From: Nemertoderma westbladi
Lineage: Eukaryota > Animalia > Xenacoelomorpha
Assembly: GCA_032718475.1 (NCBI GenBank)
Contig: JAUCBJ010008549.1
Span: 1 to 64,000 of the forward strand
Direction: 5' to 3'
DNA length: 64,000 nt
Part shown: positions 41,501 to 51,600 of the stretch, piece by piece
Numbering within the stretch: position 1 is the first letter of the stretch
How the letters are laid out: every line of letters begins with the position of its first letter
Position numbers and translations under genes: made by a program
The notes under the pieces: generated by a model
Database searches by the model: none
Seen by the model: only the letters and a program-made list of their open reading frames with translations
What the model was told of the DNA's origin: nothing

Positions 41501-44500
41501 TTTTAATTTACTAGCTATTTTAATATTTAAAAAATTGCTATATATGTTCTAGAACATCATATTTATTATTTGATTTATGTTCTAAAATAGTATATAACAC
41601 TATTATATTGTCGTACTGTAGAACTCTTCAACGCTACCATATTATTAACAATGATATAGTATATTTTTAAAACATACTGTCAGTATGTTTTAAAAATATA
41701 CCGTACTGTAGGACTATACGGAACTCTAGCCAAATAATGTAGAACATTATCACTATTATTATAGTGATTATGTTCCACGTCTCATTTAACATGTAGGCCT
41801 TACAGTAATAATTGTAATACATACTGTACAGTAGTTTTATTTGTGAATGGAACATTATTTTCACGACGTTATTAATTTATTAGTTACAATTACAGTAGTA
41901 CACGAAGTGGGGACTTCGCGCAGCACGAAGTTGGCAGAGCCTTAGCGAATTGACACTGTTAGGGGGTAGGTCAATTTATGCAAATAGTCACGTTGGCCCT
42001 CTAGCGGCAGACTGGAGAACTGCAGATGGATTCGCCTCCTTTGAAAGTCACAGCTAATGGTCTAATACATATCTGCCAAGTTTCAGCTTAAACGGATTAA
42101 AAGCAAAGAAATGGGAGGGCATTTAATGTTTAGACATGTGGCCCTCTAGCGGGAGACCATTGCACTGATGGTGTCTGAAAGTCTCTCAAAAATCTCAACT
42201 TTTGCTCATATTGATACCTACAAATTTTCAACTTGGCAGCTTTAAATCCGACAAAGTTATTAGCATGTCAAAATCGTAACGACGACGACGACGACAACGA
42301 CGACGACGACGACAACGACGACGACGACGACAACGACGACGACGACGACAACGACGACGACGACAACTATTTGCATAAATTGACCCACCCCCTAACAGTG
42401 TCAATTCGCTAAGGCTCCGCCAACTTCGTGGCTCGCCCCACATCTCAAGTTACAGTATGTGCATTATGAAATTTTGATAAACAGGAATTTTGTTTAAATA
42501 GTGCCTATTCTAGAACAAATTAATGTTTCTTTAATCTTAATTAAGTCACCATTATGTTACTGTGTACCCCACACCCCCAAAAACATTCAAGAATAAGAAA
42601 AACTTGAACTTGAACTAATTGTTTGAAGAATAGGTCTTTCTACACCATAATAATACCAAAAACTCAATTTGCAATTTGTAATTTGCAAATGATTTTTACC
42701 ATTTTATAAATTTTTTCTAGAATAAAATCAATGTTCGACAGTATGACGACTTCTTGCTGCCCGAACCCCACTCTTGCGTTAATATTGAGTGTAAAACATC
42801 CTGTATACATAGTAGGCCTACACTACTGTATAGTTAATATAAATATTCTATGGATGAAACAAATACATTAGTTATATACTAACCAATCGATTTAATCTCT
42901 CTCGATCTGTAGAACTCATGGAATCGCCTGTATCTACGCTGTGCCTCCACCGCTGCACCACCGGTGCCCGAGACCCTTCGAAGGGACTCGTTTCCATGAC
43001 AGTAGTGGCCCGTCTAGCTGGGTTATGGCTCCTACTAACCCAGCCTGGTGCTGCAGGGATTCCTTTCTCTGGGATTGGCGGTGGCCCTTCAGGGAGTGGT
43101 AAACAACCTGTATGTACATGGTACATATTTACCTTATACAATTTCAATAACATACTGTAATTAAATGCCATGCAGTCGGTCATTATTCATACTGTAATAA
43201 TGAAAAAAGCTATTTATCGCGGAGCTACTGTATTTACACAAATATCGCACTTTCTCAATTACAGTATTTACGCAACCCGATCTACAGTACAAGGGTTGAA
43301 CATCCAAAATCTATTTCATTCCACACGAACTAGATTATATTTACATCGGAGCTATCATTTGATCTCATATCATATCATCTCTAAAAAATAGAACATAAAA
43401 CAAATAAATCATTGCACTAACTGGCTATAATATTAGAACCATCTATGTTGAACAACCTATGTAATTACAGTATAAAATTAAATCATAAAATTCAAAAAAA
43501 ATTAATTCAATAAAATTCAATTAAATTACTAAATTAAAAATTATTAACAATAACAAATACATATACAGTAATACAAAATAATAGCTGCGGCATTGGTAGT
43601 AAAATTTCGTCATAATTTTAACTTATAATTTTTGTCACATTCTAGTAAATTTGTGTTTTTTATAAACTAAAATATTCAGCACGTCAGCCATGCAAATATT
43701 GAAAACATTTTTTTGGCAAACACCGAAAGCGCAATAAGTCGCAGGATATATAGTACTTTCGACCATGGGATGTCGCCAAACAATTGATTATTCTGTATCA
43801 CAACAAACTTTATCGAAAAAGGAAAATCTTTCTTTCTTCTTCTCCTTTTACGATAATAACTGCTGTATCGATTAATGCACCACCTACTGTACTGTACTGT
43901 ACCTGTTGTAAATAATACAGTGCGTATTATTCACAACAGGTAAATAATACAGTGCATAATAATAGTCGGCATATAGAAAAAATATAGTAGTCCTACGCCT
44001 GCTATAAAACATAATCACAAACCTTTGTATGAGGGAGTTGGTGACGTCATTCCTGCAGCATAAATTCCAATGTTCTCGTAAATATCTTCGCTGTCTAAGC
44101 GGTTAATATCTGCGAATTTAATTTCATTTTCGTTAAAAGTAACGATTTCATCTGGTGACATCATCCTTACAGCTGTTTGTCTCGGTAAATTCCTTTTCGG
44201 AGTTTCGTCATTGTCAAGTTGTCTGAAATCGGTCATTCGAACATTGACTTCAGGTTCTCTCTCAACGAAGCGTTTTGATTGGTCGGATAGAGAAGTCCAA
44301 CGCGTTTTGATGTTTTTAAACATTCCGTCTGAGGAATTTGGTCTTCTATCTGTTACCGAAGATTGTCTAAAATTGAGACTCTTAATATGAGTTGGATCCA
44401 AAGAACGTCTCGCACGGTTCAACCAATACCCATCTTCTGGTCTACCTAAAGTAGTGACGTCACTACTATAAATATCTTTAAAGCGACCAGCTGATTGGTC

Positions 44501-45445
44501 GGTAGATTCTTGTTTACTCTTAAGATCTCGCCAAGGGCGTGGTTTATTCTCCCTGGATAGCTGCCTACCAGGTAAGAATTTAGGCCCGCCAATCACATCC
44601 AAGGAAGCCGCTAACACATCGTCACTAATTGTGGATGCATTCATCCTATTGGTTACTGCCTCTCTAGTTCCAGCCAATAGGAATGGTTCAGATCTACGAT
44701 GTTCGAAATGTTTCCTAACTTCCCCCACCCAAGGTCGCGGACTGGCTGACTTAAACTGCCTAACCTGTAAATGATCACCAATACTCGCGATATCATGTTT
44801 AGTTTTAATTAACTTATCAAATTTATTTTCTATATTTTCGTTACTTTTTATCCCGGAGTCATTAAGAACTAAAATATCATTAGACAGTCTGTCGTTATTG
44901 TTTAAGGCTCTTATAATTCTATCATCTTCAACATCATCCTCATCTGTAACATCGTCATCAACTGCTGATATTTTATTAAATTCATCATAATCTGTTGAAA
45001 CTGGTGTATTTAAGGCGTATGCACTACGTCGCCGCAAGGCTGACCTGGAGAGAGCTAAAGGAACCTGAACTAATTTACCGTAATTAGGATCCATTAGAGC
45101 GCCATCTAACGTCGTGATGCTCTCCAGACTAGAGGATTTATGAATTCCTTGAACGTCCACTCGATTTGTTTTATGTTTTAACATCGTTTGCGCGGGATTT
45201 TTAAAATTGAATGAGTCCCTATCCCCTAAAGCTATAGGATGTGGAGAAACCGGTCGTTTGTGTGGAGTTCTTGGTATCACATCAGGGTCCTTCGGTTGCG
45301 ACGTTGTATCTGTATCAGCCAATAGGAGGGCGAGTTCTCGCTCCACGGCTTTTCGTGACGTTATTGTGCGTTGTGGGGGAACTGGTGCAGAGTTCCTGGT
45401 ACTTCCGATAGATAGTGGTACTTTACTTTTACCCCCGGAAGCCAT
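17204..45445 (-). CDS. shroom: Shroom-family actin/ROCK scaffold with C-terminal ASD2 domain, 9 coding exons, about 1082 aa
   Basis: Exons 45445-44023, 43107-42884, 38148-37991, 34284-33975, 30054-29782, 27922-27789, 22749-22566, 21844-21695 and 17596-17204. All introns are GT-AG with matching phases (1,0,2,0,0,2,0,0); the total of 3249 nt is open. The spliced C-terminus follows the ASD2 pattern: LSQVLLPVKTTESLTEGF; KQLELVKRLKGRLKSL...ENEQLGASV; YTNYINELDTIMKLVLSVSSQLARTENAL; LDDYNHYVTMKARLAVEGKLIEE. An FPPPPP motif lies upstream. Confidence 0.9.
17680..21575. repeat. 35/36-bp minisatellite (CTACTCCTATCTGCTACCCGAAGGTAGGGGTGGGCG)n in Shroom intron 8, split by an RTE insertion
   Basis: Arrays at 17680-18740 and 20385-21575; 6-bp insertion variants occur in the right block. 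Confidence 0.95.
18740..20384 (-). mobile_element. RTE-clade LINE family A, longest copy (frameshifted RT) inserted in the 36-bp array
   Basis: PVPKKGNL, FRGISL, QNGFR, FVDFFKAFDSV, GDTLAPFLF, LDFADDL and YLGSWI motifs over several frames; (TAG)n tail at 18739-18752. Confidence 0.95.
21695..21844 (-). CDS. shroom: Shroom coding exon 8 (ASD2 core)
   Basis: Acceptor TTCCAG|GTC, donor AGA|GTTAGT; LVLSVSSQLARTENAL resembles the Shroom LLLSLSGRLARVENAL motif. Confidence 0.9.
22007..22400 (+). mobile_element. RTE-clade LINE family A, 3' fragment
   Basis: MLRRVHCVKYNAHI...HNLVLWQPHGVNKHGGQPMTF. Confidence 0.88.
22433..22595 (-). repeat. 32-bp x5 tandem repeat spanning the Shroom exon 7 donor site
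   Basis: Sense unit GAACAGCTGGGTGCGAGTGTTACTAAG|GTAAC; the first copy is the exon end. Confidence 0.95.
22566..22749 (-). CDS. shroom: Shroom coding exon 7 (ASD2 coiled coil)
   Basis: Acceptor TACAG|A, donor AAG|GTAACG; RKQLELVKRLKGRLKSLEMERINIDDEVEENEQLGASV. Confidence 0.88.
22940..23069. mobile_element. DNA transposon end fragment with clustered GATCCCG subterminal repeats (hAT-like)
   Basis: ATCCCG/GATCCCG repeated about 7 times, ending GTTTCAACAATA. Confidence 0.4.
23075..27810 (-). repeat. 32-bp minisatellite, about 148 copies, spanning the Shroom exon 6 donor site
   Basis: Sense unit AAACTGATCTCTATCCCAAG|GTTGGTTCTCCC; the first unit overlaps the last 20 nt of exon 6. Confidence 0.97.
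27789..27922 (-). CDS. shroom: Shroom coding exon 6 (VLLPVKTTESLTEGF...KLISIP)
   Basis: Acceptor TTTTTAAG|GTT, donor AAG|GTTAGT; KTTxxLxEG motif of ASD2. Confidence 0.85.
28033..29705. repeat. 22-bp minisatellite with 44-bp dimer and 199-bp higher-order period, filling Shroom intron 5
   Basis: GTAATGTTGCGTTTGGACCAAT alternates with GTAAGGGTACGTTTGGGTCTAT; marker GGACCGTAAG recurs at 28771, 28970, 29169, 29368 and 29567. Confidence 0.95.
29782..30054 (-). CDS. shroom: Shroom coding exon 5 (KPVASNN...RVDELCRLVASNCASNTLSQ)
   Basis: Acceptor TATAG|AAA, donor CAG|GTTGGT; start of the ASD2 region. Confidence 0.8.
30268..33126. mobile_element. Non-autonomous DNA element with inverted arms of (TTATCGCCCC) subrepeats, enclosing a 63-bp array
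   Basis: About 6 TATCGCCCC at 30274-30389 and about 7 GGGGCGATA at 32983-33121. Confidence 0.65.
30672..32932. repeat. 63-bp minisatellite, about 35 copies (61- and 69-bp variants)
   Basis: TTCCTTTAGGAAACAGAGTGGAAGGGTTTACTGTGGAAGATCACCCATGGTGGTGAACAGGCA. Confidence 0.95.
33975..34284 (-). CDS. shroom: Shroom coding exon 4 (FPPPPPQAG...PEGFIP)
   Basis: Acceptor TTTTAG|G, donor CCG|GTTAGA; Pro/Ser/Thr-rich with an EVH1-type FPPPP motif. Confidence 0.8.
34923..37184. mobile_element. Non-autonomous DNA transposon of about 2.26 kb with about 28-bp TIRs
   Basis: GGGTTGTTCTTACAAAAAGTGGCCAAA ... TTTGGCCACTTTTTGTGAGAACGACCC; internal TGTAACGC motifs on the left and GCGTTACA on the right. Confidence 0.75.
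35460..36035. repeat. 39-bp minisatellite (CCATCACTAACTTAATCTCTAAGTCCTTCACGTGTAACG)n inside the TIR element
   Basis: About 15 units with indel variants; produces the spurious MALHVKDLEIKLV ORF. Confidence 0.93.
37991..38148 (-). CDS. shroom: Shroom coding exon 3 (IETESNDDFNLPD...ENDGTLG)
   Basis: Acceptor AATAG|ATT, donor GG|GTTAGT; 158 nt open, bridging phase 0 to phase 2. The ORF track shows only its antisense. Confidence 0.75.
40382..40908 (-). mobile_element. RTE-clade LINE family B, 3' fragment with (TAG)n tail
   Basis: Near-identical to 14680-15229 (MDTIWKSDLSRHLKTKFF...RERRLRF). Confidence 0.92.
41900..42440. mobile_element. MITE- or HINE-like element with about 65-bp inverted repeats and an internal (ACG/ACA)n microsatellite
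   Basis: CACGAAGTTGGCAGAGCCTTAGCGAATTGACACTGTTAGGGG...TTTATGCAAATAGT (41925-41988) is mirrored at 42367-42430; microsatellite at 42278-42367. Confidence 0.75.
42884..43107 (-). CDS. shroom: Shroom coding exon 2 (GCLPLPEGPPPIPEK...RLNRL)
   Basis: Acceptor ACAG|GT, donor TTG|GTTAGT; phases fit both neighbours. Confidence 0.8.
44023..45445 (-). CDS. shroom: Shroom coding exon 1 (large, low-complexity N-terminal region)
   Basis: 476-aa ORF in AT-rich surroundings with an in-frame stop just upstream of ATG 45445. Donor AAAG|GTTTGT (phase 1) joins the next exon in frame. Confidence 0.8.
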
Positions 45446-45539
45446 GTAATATTATTTATTATAACTGTAACTAATCAATAAAATAAAATTATTATTACGT
45501 ACAGTATTCCAATAACAGAGTAGGACAAAACAAATGATT

Positions 45540-45830
45540 GGCCCATATTGTGAAGTAAACTAGATTTATCTGTTATATTTCACTTTGCAGTTTACCCCCA
45601 TGTGAAGAATACCCGTTTTTCACTAAAAACCCAGGTTAGAGAAGGGCTGAATTTAACCAAAACAATAAACAATTTTTAGTATCTAGGTAGACCTACTGGT
45701 TATAAAATAGAACTAAACCCAAAAAAAACACGAAAAAGGATAAATTAGAAAATACAAATTCTTCATTTAAAAATTCACTAAAATTTCAACCGAAAAAACT
45801 GAAAACCTGGTATTCTTCTTATGTGCGAGA
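45540..45830. mobile_element. Second, decayed copy of the 13.3-kb MITE
   Basis: Shares TTTCACTTTGCAGTTTACCCCCATGTGAAGAAT, GAAGGGCTGAAT and CTGGTATTCTTC with the reverse complement of 13310-13500. Confidence 0.6.
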
Positions 45831-46059
45831 TTATCAGAGGGGTTTATAGACAACATTCGTTAGAGTTGTAAACATACAGTAGGCCTAGGGGATATACTGT
45901 ATTATATATATTATGTAATTATATTATATGTAATATATATTATATACTGTGTTATCCTTTGTTAAAAGCTACAGTACGCTGAAATAATTCTTATATTTGT
46001 TTTTACTAATATTTACAATAGTAATAATAAAAATTGTTTAATTAACTACTGTATATTAA

Positions 46060-46290
46060 AAAGGCGCCTAAAGAAAGTCTTGGGGCTGTCTTCCGGTCAT
46101 ACTTGTTCTATGAGACCCACAAAAGCACAAGATTGTGCCCAGGCTCGGTCTTCATTAACTAAGCAATGTCCTGCGAGGTGGGGGCGGCTTTGACCCCCTT
46201 GCCCTCTCTGGAGCCAGTGACACAAATCCAAGGCAACACCCTTTGTTGGATATGTTAGACTCCAATCCACCCCTACTGCAAACATTAAAC
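46060..46290 (-). mobile_element. Old RTE-like 3' fragment
   Basis: RPHLAGHCLVNED resembles the RLRFAGHCFRRED segment. Confidence 0.45.
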
Positions 46291-46865
46291 TTTAATATAA
46301 TTAATTAATAATAATTAAATAAAAATCCACTAAACTTATGGTTGTTGGTTATAGACCTACACTTACTAGGTACCAACTGTATAATTACAGAACGTTTGTT
46401 CTTGATATGTTCTTGATATATATTTTGCACTAACTGTACATAACATGCACTCAACATTAATTTCCCTTTTAAGTTAGTATTATAATTAATTATCTGATTG
46501 AAAGGAATTTTAATGGGGAATAGGTATTTTACAGTCAACATAAACTCGTCTATATCCGCCAACACATAAAGATCAAAGGTCATATAATATGTGAAAAAAT
46601 TATTAAGTTTAATTAATATAATTCCCACGATTTGTTGATGAGCTGATAAAATAAATTTTTAATCAAATAAATACAGCCGTCCATGAAAGCGTTTAACGTA
46701 GATAAAGTATAGTAAATCCTTGATTAAACTGATACATCTCGATAAATATATTCACAAACATTCCTGGTGATATTAGATATTGGGGGCGGGTAATCTTGTC
46801 TCAATTAATATCTAGCCATCCCTCGCCAGGGGAAAATCGACGCAAATAACAGTTATATTATACTG

Positions 46866-47472
46866 TAATAGGACAATATAATAATGCTCTCCATAGCAAA
46901 AAATATCAACCGATCCTATTGGGGCTCGAACCCGGTACCTAGGTTTCAAACTTCCGGTTATCATCAGCCGGGTGTGCGCACTGAGCTACCAGATATTTTT
47001 CGGTATGGAGAGCATTATCATATTGTCCTATTACATTATAATATACTTAATTCACCGTCACTCACCCCACAACAATTAACTTATTATTATTAATTAACAG
47101 CCCGGGCCTGGCATATGGGGTTACAATGGTTTCTACGTACAACACTGTATAATAGTTATTCTTTGAGGCATGGTTGCCATTTCTGGCAGAGCACGGGAAT
47201 AACGTTGTTATTTCCTTTGAGTGATGTGTTTGGCCTAAATATGATATCCCACTCCATAGCGAATTCTTCATCCGATCTGGTAGCTAAGTACACACACCCG
47301 GCTGATGATAACCGGAAGTTTGAAACCTAGCTACCGGGTTCGAGCCCCAATAGGGCCGGTTGATATGTTTCGGGTTTCGTTATGGAGAGCACTATCATAT
47401 TGTCGTATTACATTATAATATACTTAATTCACCGTCACTTACACCACAACAATTCACTTATTATTAATAACT
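46866..47472. mobile_element. tRNA-derived SINE-like element, two head copies in inverted orientation plus a duplicated tail
   Basis: GGTAGCTAAGT (A-box-like) and GGGTTCGAGCCC (B-box) at 47279-47348 on plus; the same head is at 46900-46995 on minus; tail 47003-47090 repeats at 47380-47468. Confidence 0.6.
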
Positions 47473-48698
47473 ACTACTACTACTAGGATCGGCATGCTGC
47501 ATTGCAGCTGCATTTTTAAGAATGCTGCGCCGGCTTATCGACAAAATTGCACCGCCACAACTCCCTATCACCCATGACATTTGCTAGATCATCCGCATCT
47601 TTAAGGCCAGTGTCCTTTAAGATGCGTCTCAAGAAAGTCATGGGCTGTCCACCATGTTTATTCACTCCATGAGGCTGCCAAAGTACAAGATTATGCACTG
47701 GCTGGTCCTCACGGCGAAAGCAATGTCCTGCAAAGCGGAGGCGATTCAAATCAAATCAAATCAGGTATATTTCCTTCTGATATCTCAAACTGCACATTTT
47801 AACAATTACATTAACAATTTAGTGAAAGAATGAAAGTGCGCTGCTGTAGCCGGACAATAGCAGAGCTAGTAAAGTCCAACTACAGCAGCTAGAGAAACCA
47901 GGGGTTGGGGAAAGTATGGGGGGTAGGGTGGGGGGGGGGGGTAGGGTGGGGGGGGGGGGGGGGTAAGGTGTGGGGGGGGGGGGTTGGGGCTATGGTTGGG
48001 GGGAGGGGATTTTTTATGAATAATTTGCCTATATGGCTAGTATTAGATATAATATTACTATAATTGATATCGTGCATGAATAGGGCTGCTTGATGTTTAT
48101 ATAATAATTCAAGGGGCAAAATAGATAGAGATTTATATAGAGGTAGTGAGGAGGATGAGAGTGTGAAAAAGTTACGCAGCGGACGAATTTATTTATTTTG
48201 GTACGTAGAGGTTTAAGTATAGCGGGATAGGTGCTTCCCCATATGATTATACCATAGTTTATATATGGATGTATAAGTGAAAAATAAAGTTGTCTGAGTA
48301 TAATCAGTGGAAAAGAGTGCCTAAGTTTATAAAAGATGCCAATTGTTCTAGAAATTTTCGTTCTTTTTCGATTTTGTTCTAGTGTCAAGCTTGGGGAAAC
48401 CAATGAGACACCTCCAATGTTATATAGTGTCTGGTTGGAGATGTGTGCATTGTACTTGACACAATGAACCCGGCGTAGCATTCTAGTGAATGTGCCATCC
48501 AGAGATTTGGTGTCCTCAGCAGTTAGAGCCCAGCATGGACTCCCATAGAGGAGTACTGGAACTACTGCTGCTCTAAATAATCGGAGCTTAAGTTTCCGAT
48601 TAATTCTCGGTGACTTCAAAATTCTGGAAAGCCTATTCAAGGCTGCCCATGCCTTTCCTTTACGTATTCGAAGGTCCTCACCTGACTTCCGGATCCAT
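47471..48698 (-). mobile_element. RTE-clade LINE family A copy with a nested CR1/L2 fragment
   Basis: (TAG)n tail at 47471-47486; RTE parts 47487-47746 and 48369-48698 are colinear with 18750-19340. Confidence 0.92.
47747..48368 (-). mobile_element. CR1/L2-type LINE 3' fragment with (ATTTG)n tail, nested in the RTE copy
   Basis: KISRTIGIFYKLRH...LYFSLIHPYINYGIIIWGST; CAAAT repeats at 47747-47763; CGATT duplicated at both junctions. Confidence 0.85.
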
Positions 48699-51600
48699 TT
48701 TGTAGTTTATAACACCAGACATGTCTGAAACGCAGGTAAGCAATAATAACTAACGCACGTAGGCCTTTGTCTAGATTGAGATATGACAACAGACACGTCA
48801 TTGTAATTTGTAATCCTGGCCTCTCATTGGCTAGTAACTGGTGAAGCTATAATAATTAAATTGATGAATGTGAATGAAAATGAAATTAAGATTGGTTCGA
48901 CTATGAAGTTATCGGTATTATTAATAGTTAATATTGTTAATTCTCGCAATCTGGCCTCCCTGGTTACCCTGGGTTTGGACAAGAAAGGTCATCAGGAAAG
49001 GGACTCACAGAATTATTGGCGCCTATAACTGACGCTTGTGAGGCTTATGATTGCGTCCTGTAGTTCCACTGGCTTCTACAGTAGTGGCCGAACTTCCGCA
49101 TTACTTATGTAATCCATAGTGGGGGTTGGGGGCGCTTTTTTTGACGAGTCAGCTCTCATGGCAAATACCGCACCCTGGTTTCCATTCCACAGGGAGGGTG
49201 TCGCAGTTGAGCCAGATATGGAGCCCATATCTACTCTGAAACACCTCACCCACCATAATTGGCTATGCATCTCATCTGCCGGGCCATGTCCTGTACACCT
49301 GCTGCCAGGTTTAGGAAGCAGTGGAGTGCACTCAAATTGGAGATGAGAGCACTCTACTCCTGACAAGCCATTGGTAGATCACCATCTGCCTGGCCAGGCC
49401 ATATACATACATTAAGGACCAATGGCGTCCCTATCCCAGAACGAAGGTGGTCCTAATCACAGAACCAGATTATGTCCTTAGTAAGAGGATCCAGTAAGCA
49501 ACCGAGGGTGGACTCTCTATAGCCGAGGGGCACTTGTATAATAACTAATAATCACGAACCCCGTCCTCTTATAATATACACCTAACTCTGCAGTAGTCAG
49601 TAGTAGTAGTAGTAATAGTAGTTAGTAGTGGTAGTAAGTAGTTATAAAGGAGATGAGTTTAAACCAAAGTGATAAAGTAACATTATTATATAACATAACC
49701 ATGTAGACAAAGTAGAATAAGATACGGATTCATAATTATTTTATCAAACTCATGTACTACTTACTTCAATGTGCCAATTGTAACAATAATTAAACATATT
49801 ATTCTGATTAATCTGCGTTTGGCCCCATAAAATATTATACTGCAAGTGTTTTATATCAATAGATCCATGCGAGTAAACAAGAAGTGAAGTAAATGTTTAT
49901 TATTATAGTTTTAGAAATTGAATGATATACCCAAGATAGTGAAATAAATAATTTACCAGAAATTGCCATTTGATCAGATGTATCAAAGCGGCGTCTTTAG
50001 TATAATACCGTAATAGTATCAATTCACTCTGTTATACAATGTAAATATACTAAATCTATTTATAAATATATTATGATCCCTACATTGTATATTTCTCCCA
50101 CAGGTAGACAATGTAGTATGTTAAAACTTGATATAATTTAGTATTATGTATAACATATTACAAATAAGACTGAGGCAGCTAAACTATATTGCAAAGAAAT
50201 CAAATATTCTAAAGTAATATACTAGACCCTCCCTCCACCCTATAAATAGTATTCACCACCTACCCCACCCACCACCCTTATTACTATATAATAATGAAAG
50301 AATGTACTGGCGCTCCGGTCACTCCGTTCCCTCCGCTGGGGGGGTTAAGTTGTAGGTTTTGACACTATGCAAAATCCGAGCACAGAGTTAGAAGCGCATT
50401 GGATAGGCAAACATTTCTTGCAGTGAAAGTATTTCCATACCTATTATAGTTTTCGAGATAGTCAGACATGAGTAGCTAAAACTTGAATTTTTTTCGGTAA
50501 AGTCTGATTTCACCTGTACCTGTCATCCGAAATATGGATTGTTGTTACACATTTATTAGCGGGATGATAACTATCCCTAATGCTGGGCTACGGCCAAAAA
50601 AGTTATTTTGCCCTAGGGCAAAATAACCATGTTATTCCCTCTTAGTAGTGAAGTGTTTATCGTGACACCACATACTGACATACAAACATAGGAACCGGTA
50701 ATGCTGCTGTACTCGTCTTAGGTCTGTTGTGTGTCACATCAGGGATAAATCAGGTATTCAGACCACCAACTAGTTTTGTATTTCATGTTTCATTATTATT
50801 GGGCTGTGCTCCACTAGACAGCAAGGCCTATTTATGTCTCATTAATCACCTCATTGTCATACTCATACTGACGACTTATACTGACGACACTGACCTATGA
50901 CTAAACTTTAAATTTCCACAGCAAATTAAGAGGTACCGGTACAGTAGGCCTACATGGTGTCACAGTCCAGAGTCGCACCGTACCAGGTCTGCAGCCTGCA
51001 GCCCTGCAGGTAGGTCTAGTTTGGCCTGTATTTATATTGGCTGCAAGGTACCGTACTACCTCGTACTGCTGCAGTGAGGCGTTTCTCCAGTTCCTTCCTC
51101 CTAAGTGTTAAAAAAAGATATCTAAGAATGACGTTTAAATACGTTCACCCCTTTCTGCCTTTTCCTTTTTAATACAGACATTGAAACGTTTTAATATTAA
51201 AGTAAAGTAAAAAAAAGTATTAACCGGTCTTCTAAGCCGAAGGTATGGTGTTCAAGCCCCAGAACAGCCAAATTTTTGCTAGCTTCCAGTTGTACTGTAG
51301 GCTAATGGCAACCTGTCATGAGTTAAGGAGTAAAGAATATGGTTAGATAACCAGAGTACTCGACCTTGGGAGTAGTGTGGTGCCTTCCCTGCGTTACAGA
51401 TAATAGCCAAGAGAATGGAGCCTTTGGGTTGTTGCCTCGGGTGTTTCTTCTTACACGTTTGAATATAACTTTACTTTACTTTTATGCAGTTCTTAGCCAA
51501 CACTATATTTTCTAGACCATACTTTGATATAGTGGAGCGGAGATAGGTGTTGGTCGACTCTAAGTGACATCCTTCTTTTAAAACTGGCATAACAACCTGT

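Noticed and set aside
42228-42443. Protamine-like RRRRC ORF
   Set aside because: Translation of the (ACG/ACA)n microsatellite inside an inverted-repeat element.
45415-45430. SKVP near the Shroom N-terminus as an SxIP-like EB1-binding motif, given the adjacent EB1 gene
   Set aside because: Degenerate 4-residue match expected by chance; gene adjacency is not evidence of interaction.
48950-49560. GC-richer segment possibly a LINE 5' UTR with an HDV-like ribozyme
   Set aside because: I could not build the nested double pseudoknot by eye and there is no linked ORF; needs a descriptor search.
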